Assembly (NCBI RefSeq): GCF_004010195.1 | Contig: NC_057719.1 | Location: 40,771,239 to 40,835,238, forward strand | Direction: 5' to 3' | Source of the DNA: Chiloscyllium plagiosum | Lineage: Eukaryota | Length of the DNA stretch: 64,000 nucleotides | Program-made: the position numbers and the translations under genes | The notes under the pieces: generated by a model | The model's database searches: none | What the model was told of the DNA's origin: nothing | Seen by the model: only the letters and a program-made list of their open reading frames with translations | In this document: positions 1-12,375 of the stretch, one piece after another | Layout: each line of letters starts with the position of its first letter | Numbering within the stretch: position 1 is the stretch's first letter

Positions 1-1937
1 GGTTCTTCTTAGCCTTCTCTTTAGATCTTTTCTGGCTAACTTATAACTCTCAAGCCCCCTTCACGCCTCATCCTCACATAGGTCTTCCGCTTCCTCTTGA
101 CAAGAGCTTCAACTTCTTTAGTAAATCATGGCTACCTCTCTCGACAACTGCCTCCCTACGTGATAGGTATATACTTATCAAGGATCCGGAGTAGCTGTTC
201 CTTGAATAAGCTCCACATTTCAAGTGTGTCTATCCTGCACTGTGTCTACCCCTGCCCATTGCTATTGTAAACATAACCGAATTGTGGTCAGTATTGCCAA
301 AGTACTCACCTACCTCCAAATCTAACACCTGGCCAGGTTCATTCCCCAGTACCTGGGGAATGTGTTGGCCTGTCTATATACTGTGTCAGAAAGCCCTTCT
401 GCACACATTGAACAAAAACTGACCCATCTAAACTACTTGAACTATAGTATTCCCAGTCAATATTGGGGAAGTTAAAGTCACCCATAACAACTACCCTGTT
501 ACTCTTGCTCCTATCGAGAATCATCTTTGCTATCCTTTCCTCTACATCTCTGGAACAATTAAGAGGTCTACAGAAAACTCCCAACAGGGTGACCTCTCCT
601 TTTCTGTTTCTAACCTCAGCCCAAACTACCTCAGTGGATGAGTCCTCAAACATTATCTCAGCTGCTGTAATGCTACCCTTGATTAACAATGCCACACCAC
701 CCCCTCTTTTACCATCTTCTCTGTTCTTACTGAAACATCTAAATCCTGGAATCTGCAACAACCATTCCTGTCCTTCCTCTAACCATGTCTCTGAAATGGC
801 CACAACATTGAAATCCCAGGCCAACTCATGCTGCAAGTTCACCTACCTTATTCTGGATGCTCCTGGCATTGAAGTACACACATTTCAAACCAACATCCTG
901 TTTGCTGGTGCCCACTTGCAATCGACTTTACCTATCCCTGACCTCACTACCCTCAACCTCCTGTACACTGGAACTACAATTCAGGTTTCCATCCCCCTGC
1001 TGCATTGGTTTAAACCCCGCCCCCCCCCAAAGAGCATTAGCAAATTTCTCCCCACCCCCCTGGATATTGGTATCCCTCTGGTTCAGGTGAAGCCCATCCT
1101 GTTTGTAGAGGTCCCACCTACCCCAGAAAGAGCTTCAATTATCCAAGAATCTAAATCCCTCCCTCCTGCACCATCTCTGCAGCCACATGTTCAGCTCTGC
1201 ACTCTCCCTGTTCCTCGCTTCACTAGTACGTGACATGGGCAACAAACCAGAGATAACAACTCTGTTTGTTCTAGCCCTAAGCTTCCACCCTAGCTCCCTG
1301 GATTTCTGCCTTAGATCCCCACCTTTCTTCCTACCTATGTCGTTGGTGCCTATGTGGATAACGACTTGGGGCTGCTCCCCCTCCCCCTCAAAGATCCCAA
1401 AAACATGATCAGAGACATCATGAACCCTGGCACCTGGGGGGCAATACACCAATCGTGAGTCTCTCTTGTTCCCACAAAACCTCCTATCTGCCCCCCTAAT
1501 TATGGAGTCCCCAATGACTAAAGCTCTGCTCCTCTTCCCCTTCCCCTCTGAGCAACAGGGACAGACTCTGCGCCAGAGACCTGTGCCCCAGTGTCCCCCC
1601 AACAGTATCCATAATGGTATAGTTGTTGTTGAGGGGAACCACCATAGGAGATCCCTGCACTGCCTGCCAGTTCCCTTTCCTACCCCTGACAGTAACCCAT
1701 TTACCTTCTTCACATGGCTGTGGAGTAACTACCTCCCCTTAACTCTTCTCAATAACCCCCTCTGCCTCCCGAATAATCCGAAGTTCATTCAACTCCAGCT
1801 CCAGTTCCCTAACACTGTTCTTGAGGAGCTACAGTTGGGTACACTCCATCCCCACAAATGAAGTCAGCAGGGACACTAGAGGTGACCCTTACCTCCCACA
1901 TACTGCAGGAGGAACATTCAACTGGCCTAACCTCCAC
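1..1937 (-). mobile_element. CR1-clade LINE, 5' part: ORF1 (zinc finger/coiled coil + SGNH esterase) and ORF2 AP endonuclease; decayed, runs off the window edge
   Basis: ORF 339-842(-) has APE motifs AISETWL, GGGVALLI, MGDFNFP. ORF 1135-1713(-) has ALVIGDSIIR and HIGTNDIG. Minus strand 1750-1937 reads VECSSCSMWE...FICGMECTQL*LL..VRELELELNEL. Confidence 0.92.
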
Positions 1938-2671
1938 TCTTACTATTCTCCAGCACTTCCTGTTTTTACTTCATATTTTTAACATTCTTAGTATTTTGCT
2001 TTTATTTATGTGTTGCTGGCATCCAGTTTTGGCATGGAGATAATGGCAATTTAAAGGGCCACTCTACATATTGTTATTCAAATTACACCTGCTCCTCCCC
2101 ACCCCTATTGTGTTTGTATACATGTAGTGGGGGAAAGCTTACAATGGTGACAAAAATAGATTGTTTTCAACTTCCACCATCGGATTTTAATACTTGGGAT
2201 CTCCTGTGGGTGAAAATATTGTTTTAAGAAAGATAGTTGGCCTCAATTATCACCTGACCAGACTAAGCCAAGCTTCATGAAACATAGTCAGAACAGATAC
2301 TAACATATCACTGAAACCAGTCACTCAGATCTGTGCCACTTGTTTCATGGGCATACAAACATACAAATTAGCAGCAACATTGGCTCTTTGGCCCCTTGAA
2401 CCAGTTAACATTCTGTAATACCAGTTAATTGAATTACTCCACAGCCCTGCCTACCTCCGAAAATCCTTCACCGCCTTGCTTATCAGGAATCTATGTATCT
2501 CTGCCTTACAAAGCACTCAAAGACCCTTCTTTCACTGCCTTTTGAGAAAGAGAGTTCCAATGACTCAGCATCCTTGATGAGAAAGCATTTCAAGGTTTGT
2601 GTAAAGATTTGTAAACATACCCACAACCATGATGAGAAAGCATTTATCCTCATCCCTGTTTTAGGTGGGTT

Positions 2672-2711
2672 GAGTTCTGAAGAAGTGTCACTGGACCTGA
2701 AACCTTAACTC
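2672..2711 (+). ncRNA. Minimal type I hammerhead ribozyme motif (partly decayed)
   Basis: gagtt-CTGAAGA-a-gtgtc-act-ggacct-GAAA-cc-TT-aactc; 5-bp stem I gagtt/aactc. Confidence 0.6.
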
Positions 2712-2810
2712 TACTTTCGCTCCACAGATGCTGCAATAATTGTTGAGGTTGTCCAGCAATTTTTGTTTTTAGTTTCAGATTTCCAACATCTGCAGCTCTT
2801 TATGTTTTTC
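2672..2810 (+). mobile_element. Penelope-like terminal repeat fragment with hammerhead motif
   Basis: Similar to the 3' ends of the GIY-YIG-bearing copies at 26150-26283 and 39609-39740 (gatgctgc...tccagca...catctgcag). Confidence 0.75.
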
Positions 2811-3399
2811 AGAGAGGACGATGATTGACTCTCAATAGCACAACCAGAAGGCTCACTTTCTCTTACTGTGTTTCCATCCTTCAACCACTTGGAAAACAGT
2901 GCCTGGTGAACAGCTAATTAAAAACATATCCATTCACTGAGAGCTCAAATATATCCACAAACAGTTTACAGATCATTATTTAAATAAGCGTGGGCTGAGG
3001 TTAAACCTAACACTTCAAGAACTCGAAAGATGTTTGAAACTACATCTCCTTAATCTTCCTTTTTGCAATGCATGCTCTCTTCTTTTTAAATACCATACTT
3101 GTGTTTGTGTGTGTCTTTGATGCTCTAGGTGTTAGTTTGGTTTAGCAAGTCTCAAAATTCCTCTGTCTTTCATTCCAGAAAACCTATTATTTCTCTGCAA
3201 TTTTGAATTGTGATATACATCTTAATTGAGGTGGAAGGTAGCTGCCTGCTAAAAATAAATAAAAATCCTTGTTGTGGGCAGCTGAGAGAGTTAAAAAGAG
3301 GGGAATTGGTCCACCCTTCCTCACCTGGTCATTACATCACTCAACACGATGGATTTGGTGGGGAATGATATTAATTATCTCATGGTATATTGCTTCATG

Positions 3400-3900
3400 T
3401 TTCGTTCCACAAAGATTTAGTTTACAGGCACAGCAATTGATGAAGAAGCCAAATGAAATTTGTCATTTATTGCAAGGGGAATGGAACATAAAGGGAAGTT
3501 TTGTTGCAGTTGTGCAGAGTGTAGGTGTGACTACTTTTGGAGTCTCTGTTCTTGAGCAAACAAATAATTACAGTAAAAACAGTTCATAGAAGATTCATGT
3601 GACTGATTTCTGGGGTGCAGGGATTACCTTAACAGGAAAATTTTGATCTTTATCTATTGGAGTTTAAGAAGAATGAAAAATTATTTAATTGAAACATGCA
3701 AGGTCCTGAGGAGGCCCTCCCCTATCAGCTTTCCGTAGAGACCACTCTTACCTTAACAGGAAAATTTTGATCTTTATCTATTGGAGTTTAAGAAGAATGA
3801 AAAATTATTTAATTGAAACATGCAAGGTCCTGAGGAGGTTTGACAGGGCTAAAAGAATATTTCCCCACATAGGAGTGACTGTAAATAGGGGACACAGGGT
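3400..3900 (+). mobile_element. Old CR1 ORF2 3' fragment
   Basis: Resembles the CR1 3' region at 46380-46740 (gcaaatgga...tttattgcaaggggaatgga; ttggagtttaagaagaatga). Confidence 0.6.
3624..3838 (+). repeat. Perfect 91-bp direct duplication (3624-3714, 3748-3838) flanking a 33-bp insert
   Basis: Both copies read ttaccttaacaggaaa...gtcctgaggagg identically. Confidence 0.95.
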
Positions 3901-4392
3901 GTAATTTGTCCAGCCCCAAACAACATTGGCAATAGTGACACTATGTTGGTAAAATATAGTGAGAAAAATAAGATTCTCAATGTCGACAGAAAAAGTCAAT
4001 TTTCCGCCCAAACTTTTAATGACCAGATGAGAATCTTGCCAATGACGAGCAAGAGGCCTATTTTCATGCATTAACATCCCACTATTTATGTGTGGTTTGA
4101 TAATTGATCAGGCAGTAGAGGGAAACCATGTAGCAATGGTTCCTGACCTGAAATTCTGAGTAGGCATCTGGTGGCGCCAACTCACCCGCTTGATTCTCTC
4201 CATCTTGACCAGCATTCACAGACAGTCTAGGTCATGATCCATTGATAGTGATTGCCTGCACTATCTATCCATTGGAATTGTCTTCTGCAAGCACCAGCTT
4301 CACCACATCATCCTGGCAAATTTGGGACTTAACTTTCATGCAGTCCTGTACTTTAGTCTAATAATTGGAGCTCACCAACAATTTTCGTTGCT

Positions 4393-4566
4393 AAAAATCA
4401 CACAACACCAGGTTATAGTCCAGTAGGTTTAATTGGAAGGACACTAGCTTTTGGAGTGGCGCTCCTTCATCAGGTGATTCCAATTAAACCTGTTGGACTA
4501 TAACCTGGTGTTGTGTGATTTTTAACTTTGTACACCCCAGTCCAACACCGGCATCTCCAAATCTTA
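4393..4566. mobile_element. Fold-back PLE-type mini-element, family B
   Basis: Inverted arms aaaaatcacacaacaccaggttatagtcc / ggactataacctggtgttgtgtgattttt. Minus-strand hammerhead at 4442-4476 has GAAA changed to AAAA. Possible TSD cgttgc (4386-4391, 4567-4572). Confidence 0.85.
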
Positions 4567-5294
4567 CGTTGCAGTTTTGTTACCATGCTGTTTTGCATGT
4601 CAGGATGGGCACCCATCTCATGCATCAGAATAAGGAGCATTCTAAGTGCACACTGCTTTCCAACTGCACATTCTTTTGCACCACTTGAATGCTCACAGTA
4701 TCTTCACAATGTCTTGCCCTTTAGCACAGACAGCTAGCCAAGCAGCTTGTCATGATGCACTGCAATGAACTGTCAAGGGGTAGTAGTCAGATCGCTGGTC
4801 CTTTTTACAGTTAATAAAAGTGTCCCGAGTGAGTAAGAAGCACAAGAGGACAGAAAGGGGGGTGAGAGCCATTGAGGAAAGATACTGCATGTGGTATTGT
4901 GTATTGGTAGGACATTAGCCTTGGCAGAAGGTGGGTGCATTGCCAGAGTTGGAGTAAGTGTGAGGAAGAAGACAGAAGATGGTGACGTTTAGCTGTGGAG
5001 TTAGAACATCATTTACCTTTTATAAAGTATTACTGAATTCTCCTCCAGACTGTGAACACTCCATTGGTCAAAGTGACTAATTCAGACCAGGGTGACAAGG
5101 TTTGACATAGTGTACAGCTGGGTTTGGAATATGGTGCCTTTGTGTGAACAGTGAGCATTTTGCCACTGGTGAGCAGAAGATTGTGTGAAGGTCCTACCAT
5201 GGATGCATAGTGTATACGTAATGTGGACAATTCTGTGAGATAATTCACTAGAGATAAACCTCTGTAAAACTCCATGAAATTGACACTTGCTAAA

Positions 5295-5570
5295 ATGCAG
5301 CCCACAGTTTGAAAGTAAGGAGTCTTCCATTTAAAATGAGAACTTTTTTCCCCTCTCAGGCAGTCATTAAGCTACGGAATTCTCACTGGAAAACAATGGA
5401 AGTTGAATATTTTAAGGCTGAGTTTCATAGATTCCCGATTGACAAGAGAGCTTAAAGGGTATATGAGGCAGGTAAATAATTAGGGTTGAGGCCACGATCA
5501 GATCAGACACAATGTTATTAAAAGGTGGAGCAGGTTTGATGGGCAGAATGATTTAATCCTACTCTTAATT
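5295..5570 (+). mobile_element. Old CR1 3' end fragment
   Basis: Similar to the CR1 3' UTR at 46790-47030 (ccatttaa..., gggcagaatg...cctactct). Confidence 0.55.
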
Positions 5571-8500
5571 TGTGTTTTGTATGTGCAAATGTATATATGT
5601 CCCAGCAGTAATCATGTCGCTGACTTCATATTCTTCATATTGAAATATCCTTGCAGCACACAATTTCTGTTGGACAATAGAAGTACTCTGTTTAAACTGA
5701 TAGAGACCTGATTTACTAAATGCTATATTGTTCCTTTCATACAGAAGCATATTGAAATGAAAAAAATGTGCCCAACATAATCATTGTCAATTGTATCTCC
5801 GCAATCTTTCAGCATGTTTGATATTGCTAGGTGGTTGTGAAATCTCATTCTACTTTAAATCTTTATATGGGATGTATTAAATCTACTACCTCTGGAAGCT
5901 GTTATATCTCTGGATTTTTTACTTTGGGAGGTATGTTTACAGGGTCCAGTATCTCAGAGTACCCCTGTAGGTGAGTGCTTATTCCGTCTGATCTCGAGTC
6001 CATTTGTATCTGTCCAGTATCCAGGTGATTTGTATTGAGTCCGGACATGTGCCTCACATTTGGCTAAACTTGACTTTGAAGAGAACTAGAATAAACAAGC
6101 TACTAGATTGGAGTTTAATCTGGAAGCTGCCAAAACAGACATGTTAAATAGTAAATGGATAAGTAAACAGCCGCAATAGCATATTGTTTAACTGATTCTC
6201 CATGCAAGATGAAAAAAAGCATTTGTACTGATTACTGAATTGTAAAGTATACGAGACTGATAAAATGCTTCCACGAAAAGTGTTAGGACAAAGGAATTTA
6301 AATGTGCCTCATTAAATTTTCAACAAACTGTCAATCAAATATATTTACAAATTAAGCCTTGGCAATCTGAGGGAAATCGTTTACATTTACATAGCGAGAG
6401 TGGTTAGGACTTGGAATCCACTGAGTGTGTGGCAGAGGCAGATTTAATTGAGGCTTTCAAATGAAATTGAATAATTATTTCAGGGAAAAAGAAATTGCAG
6501 GCTACAGGGAAAATGCATGGGAATGGGAATAGATATGTTGCCCTTCCAGAGAGTTTACTCAGGCATGACAGGTTGAATGGACACTTCCTGCGTTGTAACA
6601 ACTCTGTGATTACATGATTCTATGAAGTAAAAGTATGAGACCTGGAATTAATCATTTGGTCCTTCCCTCTCTGTCTAATGCTGCTTTTTGATTCATGGAT
6701 CCATACTTGAACCCAATGGTAGATTTTAACTTGAAGCAAATGGATGGAAAATTTGATATTGTGGATGGGCTCTCCATTATTCACCCACCTCTCTAGTAAC
6801 TTCTACAGATCAGAATATCAGTCAAAATGTATGTTGCTGTGTCAATGGTAAAGTTGAATTTTACTCCAAGTATTTCAAATTTTGCATTCAAAACCTACAT
6901 TTTTCAACTAAAAGAGTAAACAAGAGATAAATCAAACATAATTATCATGAGAGGCAAATACTTAAAAATCCATTTCTAATGGCCTGACCATTTTTTTTCC
7001 AATTCATTTTCCTAAAATGACATTTTCCTGTCAAATTTTAGTTTTGTTTCGAATTCGTCTTCTACCTTAATGTGTGGCATTAAAATGCCTCAGTGGCTTA
7101 CTGCAATTCCAAAGGGTGGAAGTTTTGCCAGACTATCATCTCATTCATCTTCAGCCAGTTTCCTGAAAACTGAACTGAGGCTTACATAGGCTTTAGCTGT
7201 GGGAACATGAGGATAAAGTGCGACTTAATAATTCTTAAGCAGGAAGCAACATTTATTGCAGGCTGCACAATATCAAGTGAAGTACTGTTGGGAGCAACCC
7301 ATGCTGAAGGCTATGAACACAGTGCACTGTGCTCTCAAGCAATTAAGGAGAACTCTTATAAATTAATTGCTTATTTTATGTATGTTTTAATTAATAGGTC
7401 TCATTTCTGCCAGGTCTGCAAATTATTAAATTCCTTAATTTTACATTTTCAAAAAATATATCACTGGACACTTGAAAAGACACATAATTAAAAGCTGGGT
7501 ATATTTATAACAAAGTGATGATAACCTAATAGCACATCTGCATTGCTTTAGGACATGAATCTGCAATGTTTTACCAATGCTATACAAATTGCTCTGTTCA
7601 GACTGTTGTTGATAGCACTGTGGTTCAAACAACAGGAAAAATGACTTTGTTTATGTTTCTTTGATTTGTGCTCCACAGATAGTGAGGTACAATATTGATA
7701 CTCTTAATTTTGCTCTGATAGGGAGGGTTAGGGGAAAGAACAAGAATGTGAAAAGGGTCATTATTTTTCAAGCTGTCTGTTTTACTTCTTGAACATGGAT
7801 ATGTTTTATTGCACATACAAGCAAAGGGAACCAAATATATTCTAGAATAATGCATACAAATAGAAACAAGTAACTCAATAAAATACATGATATGTACATT
7901 TGTATTATGTCTCAAGATGTATTTAAGACATTTAAGGTAGTTAGCTACAAAAACATTGTTCATAACAAAATAGGGTTTCAGATGCAACCTCAACAATTAT
8001 TGCCTGGGGATCCATGTTTTAACTAGTCTGCCTTTGATGTCCTTGTTACCAGAAAAAGCTTTTACAGCCTCTCATCACAGCCATTCCCAGTGGTCTGTTT
8101 CCAATCATCAGTTGCGATAGTCCAAGGGGTGTAGATTTGAATGAGGTGAACAACTGGTTTAGCCATCTATTGCCAGATTTGACAGGACCACATGAAGCAC
8201 TCAGAAACTCTCTTCTCTGTCACATTGCTCACTGGTCCAAAATGATCCTCGTTTCTGTTTTCTACATTCTTGATGTTGTTTCTTAAAACTGATTTTGTTG
8301 CCTAATCTTTCACAATCTCTCTTCAGATCAATATTCATCACTTGCTTCACCTCCTTATAGTGCCTTGAGACATTTATTTACTAAAAAAAACTTTACCAGG
8401 TGAAAGGGTCTCTGGTGTGGCTGCACTAATTCTCCTTTATTGTTTTTCAAAAACAAACTTCAAAAGGACATTTATTTTCTATTCTAAAAACATTACACTA

Positions 8501-9410
8501 AAGCAAGTCATTTTTGCTTGTATGGATAATTGGATTAATAACTTGCATAACTTTAAAAAATACTAACGCAAAAGATAGTGTGGTTGATCTCATGGTTAAC
8601 CTAAGATTAAGAGAGATAATCTTTTCTGAGCAAAATTGATAAAGAGAAGGAAAGGTGGATTAAAAGTAACAAAGGTTGAAGAGATGGCATTGGAAATAAA
8701 ATGTGTGGCACATCTCTGATGATGGTCGGAGGGATATCACTGAGGCCAAAGGTCTGGTTGGAGCTCTGAGAGTGGGGAATCTGACACAAAATAGTGGGAA
8801 TACCACTTAATGGTGGTCATAACTGTCAGACAGAATGAAACAATTTGCAGAGATTGTTAACCAAGATCATTAAAACCAGAGGTATACACAGTGGCTTTTG
8901 TTAGCTTCATTCCTCCACTCTACGTTTCTGATTTTATTGCACTGAAGTTCACAGATCATTTGCTCCACAGGCTTACCCAATTGATTAATCTATGGGTTTC
9001 AAATACCCGCTATCTTGCTCCTTACTGTCTGTACCCCCCATGGGCTATCATTTGCATTTTATAGCTTCTTTGCTCCCTCTGCAGAGTACTTCCCCCACAG
9101 CTTTTTACACTTTGTAGTTGTTTTTACAATTTCACGCCATTGGCTTATATTTATTCTTTGTTCTCCACTGATCAGGAATCTTGTTACAGGAGACTGTCTC
9201 CATTTTCAGCATGTTTATACAAAGATTCTGCAATGTGTTAAACCTGAACTATCACAGATCACAGCGATTTATAAATGTGACATTGATTTCAGATCATCAG
9301 GAGCAACTATTGTTTGAATGTTGTAACTTTGAACTAGTAAAACAGACTTGACTATCCCAAATTTGATTCCAGTCTGAAACTTATAAAAGTGCCAGAGAAA
9401 CTCAGCAGGT

Positions 9411-9867
9411 TATACAGTTATAGAGCTGTACAGCACAGAAACAGACTCTTCAGTTCAACTTGCCCATGTCGACCAGATATCCTAAATTAATCTAGTCCCA
9501 TTTGCCAGTATTTGGCCCATATCCCTCTAAACCCTTCCTATTTGTATACCCATCTAGATGTCTTTTAAATGTTGTAATTGTACTAACCTGCACCACTTCT
9601 TCTGGCACCTCGTTCAACACTCTCTGTGTGAAAAAGTTGCCCCTTAGGTCCCTTTTTAATCTTGCTCCCTCACCTTAAACCTATACCCTCTAGTTTTGGA
9701 CTCCCCTATCCTGGGGAAAAGACCTTGGCTATTTAGCCTATCCATGCCCCTCATGATTTTATAAACTTCTATAAAATCACCCCTCTGCCTCTGGTGCTCC
9801 AGGGAAAATGGCCCCAGTCTATTCAGCCTCACTGTGTAGCTCAAACCCTCTAACCCTGGCAACATCC
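9411..9867 (-). mobile_element. CR1 3' end, 5'-truncated
   Basis: ORF 9656-9886(-) MLPGLEGLSY..RLNRLGPFSLE..RGDFIEVYKIMRG; the 3' UTR matches other copies in the window. Confidence 0.9.
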
Positions 9868-10623
9868 CGGCTCGTAAACTTCCCACTCACTCTTGAGCTG
9901 ACCCCCGAGAGTAGGTGGGTGCCAAAATCAGTAATACACCAATCAGATCTAGCTAAATAATTAAGGGTCAGTTGGACTTGTCAAAAGCCCAGTTGACTCT
10001 AATATTACCCTGCCCATACCAAACCTCCCCCATCCAATGCCCTTACTTTACTGAGTCTGAGGATTCATGGAGCCTTTTTTCTGGACTGGTTGTGGTCCTG
10101 GCGGTACCCACTGCTGAGCTCAGGTACTGCAAGGATTGTTGCAGCAGTGGGTCAAGCAGATTGGTCATCAACTCGAGAGGGTATGACATCTTCCCACTGA
10201 TGGGTGAACATAGTACTCTGCACTAACTGTGCTGGTCCACAGTCACTATGACTACATGCAGACTTGTTTGGAGTCTCTCAGCTGGCCCCAAAATTTCTTT
10301 CCAGTGTAAGGGGGCAGGGAGCAAGCCATTTTTACCCCTGAAATCTTCTGCACTGACTGTCAAACCATCATTCGACTGTGTTTGTGGCTTTGTGAGTTAC
10401 AATGTGTCTTGAGTGAGACAGATTCATGCCTAAGTTAGTAGCAGCATTGAGAATTCCTTCAGAATCTCCCTAACATGTGCTGTCACATCCGATTTGTCCA
10501 GGATGGAGTCCTTGTTTACGATGAAGGCTTGAAATTGCTACAATTGCCTTTATTCTTGTTGAACATCGGTTTGATGCTTTCCAAGTAATATCTATGTTCT
10601 AACCACTAACTCCATTTCTCTGG

Positions 10624-11149
10624 CTGGTTAGGCCACTATTGGAATACTATGTGCAATTATGGGCTCCCTGTTATAGGAAGAATGATGTGAAACTTGAAAG
10701 AATTCAGAAAAGATTTACAAAAATGTTGCCAGGGTTTGAGCTATAGGGAGAGACTGACTAGGCCAGGGGTATTTTTCCTGAGTGTCAGAAGCTGAGAGGT
10801 GACCTCATAGAGGTTTATAAAATCACGAGGGGCATGGATAGCGTAAATAGACAAAGTCTTTTTCCTGGGGTGGAGAGTGCAAAACTAGAGGGTTTAAAGT
10901 GAGAGGGGAAAGATTTAAAAGGGAATTAAGGGGTAACTTTTTGACGCACAGGGTAGTGCATATATGGAATGAGTTGCCAGATGAAGTGGTGGAGGCTGGT
11001 ACAATTGCAACATTTAAAGGGCATCTGGAAGGGTAAATGACTAGGAAGGTTTAGAGGGATATGGACAAAATGCTGGCAATGGAACCAGATTTTTTAGGAT
11101 ATCTGGTCAGCATGGACGAGTTGGACCGAAGGGTCTGTTTCCGTGCTGT
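10624..11149 (+). mobile_element. CR1 3' end, 5'-truncated
   Basis: Close similarity to 27480-28010 and 57850-58400. Confidence 0.9.
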
Positions 11150-11262
11150 TTTGCTTGAATGACTTTATCACTCAATGGTAACTGTCTGAGTTTGAACCAA
11201 GCAGTTTGCAAACCTGCCATCACTTTTAACTCCCACAGAAGGAGTTTTCAACCACCAGATAA

Positions 11263-11564
11263 CACAGTGGCACAGCACCAATGGCCTGGGTTCGATTCTA
11301 GCCTTGGGTGACTGTCTGTGTGGAGTTTGTATGTTCTCCCTTTTTCTGTGTGGGTTTTCTCTGGATGCTCTGGTTTCCTCCCATTGTCCAAAGACATGCA
11401 GGTTACGTGAATTGGCCATGCTAAGTTACCCATGTTGTCCATTGATTTGCAGGCTAGATGGATTAGCCATGGTGAATATGGGATAAAGGGGATAGGATGC
11501 TCTTCAGAGTGTTGGTGCAGACTTGATGGGCCAAACGGCCTCTATCTGCCCTGTAGGATTCTAC
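11263..11564 (+). mobile_element. HE1-type V-SINE
   Basis: B-box-like gggttcgattc; V-domain gtgtggagtttgtatgttctccc...ggtttcctcccattgtccaaagacatgcaggtta; CR1-like tail. Confidence 0.8.
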
Positions 11565-11873
11565 ATTCACCCTATTGCTAAGACTATATACTTCCCTCTA
11601 CATAACCAACTAACTCAGTTTCTGCCTCAGTTTATCTGCTTCTGAAACTCTCCTCCATTGATTTGCAGGCTAGATGGATTAGCCATGGTGAATATGGGAT
11701 AAAGGGGATAGGATGCTCTTCAGAGTGTTGGTGCAGACTTGATGGGCCAAACGGCCTCTATCTGCCCTGTAGGATTCTACATTCACCCTATTGCTAAGAC
11801 TATATACTTCCCTCTACGTAACCAACTAACTCAGTTTCTGCCTCAGTTTATCTGCTTCTGAAACTCTCCTCCA
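11438..11873 (+). repeat. 216-bp tandem duplication, one mismatch, tcca microhomology
   Basis: 11438-11653 vs 11654-11869; they differ at ctacataacc/ctacgtaacc. Confidence 0.95.
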
Positions 11874-12375
11874 CATATTTGTTATTTCCAGACTTGCCTA
11901 TTGTAATGGACACCTGAGCAGCCTCCCATGTTCTATCCTTCAGAAACTTGAGACAATCCAAACCTCCACTGCACTGACCTAGCTGTCAACAAATTCCATT
12001 CACTCATTGTTCCTCTTCTAGCTAGCTCCTGGATAAGCAATTACTTGATTTTGAAGTCCTCATTCTTGTTTTGAAACTTTTCCATCCTAACCCTTCCTTA
12101 TCTCTATAACCTTCTCCAACCTCAACCTTCGCGATACCTTTTCTGGCATTTTCAATGTAGCAAATTTTAATTGCTTCTCAACTGACACTAGACCTTAAGT
12201 TGCCAAAGTCTTAAGCTCTGGAACTCCTTCTAAAGCCTCTACACAACTCTAACTCATTTGTCTCCTTTAAGAGTCCTTAGAACCTACCTTTGCAATTAAA
12301 CTTTTGACCATCTGCCATAATGCGTCCTGATGTGGTGCAGTGTTTAACTTTACTAAGGCACTATATAAATTAAGG
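11860..12375 (+). mobile_element. Ancient L2-like LINE 3' end
   Basis: Related to 52960-53510 and 61880-62130; ends in aggcactatataaat, like the tail of the Deu-SINE at 20310-20330. Confidence 0.45.

Noticed and set aside
463..1233. 256-aa plus-strand ORF
   Set aside because: Antisense shadow of the CR1 endonuclease region.
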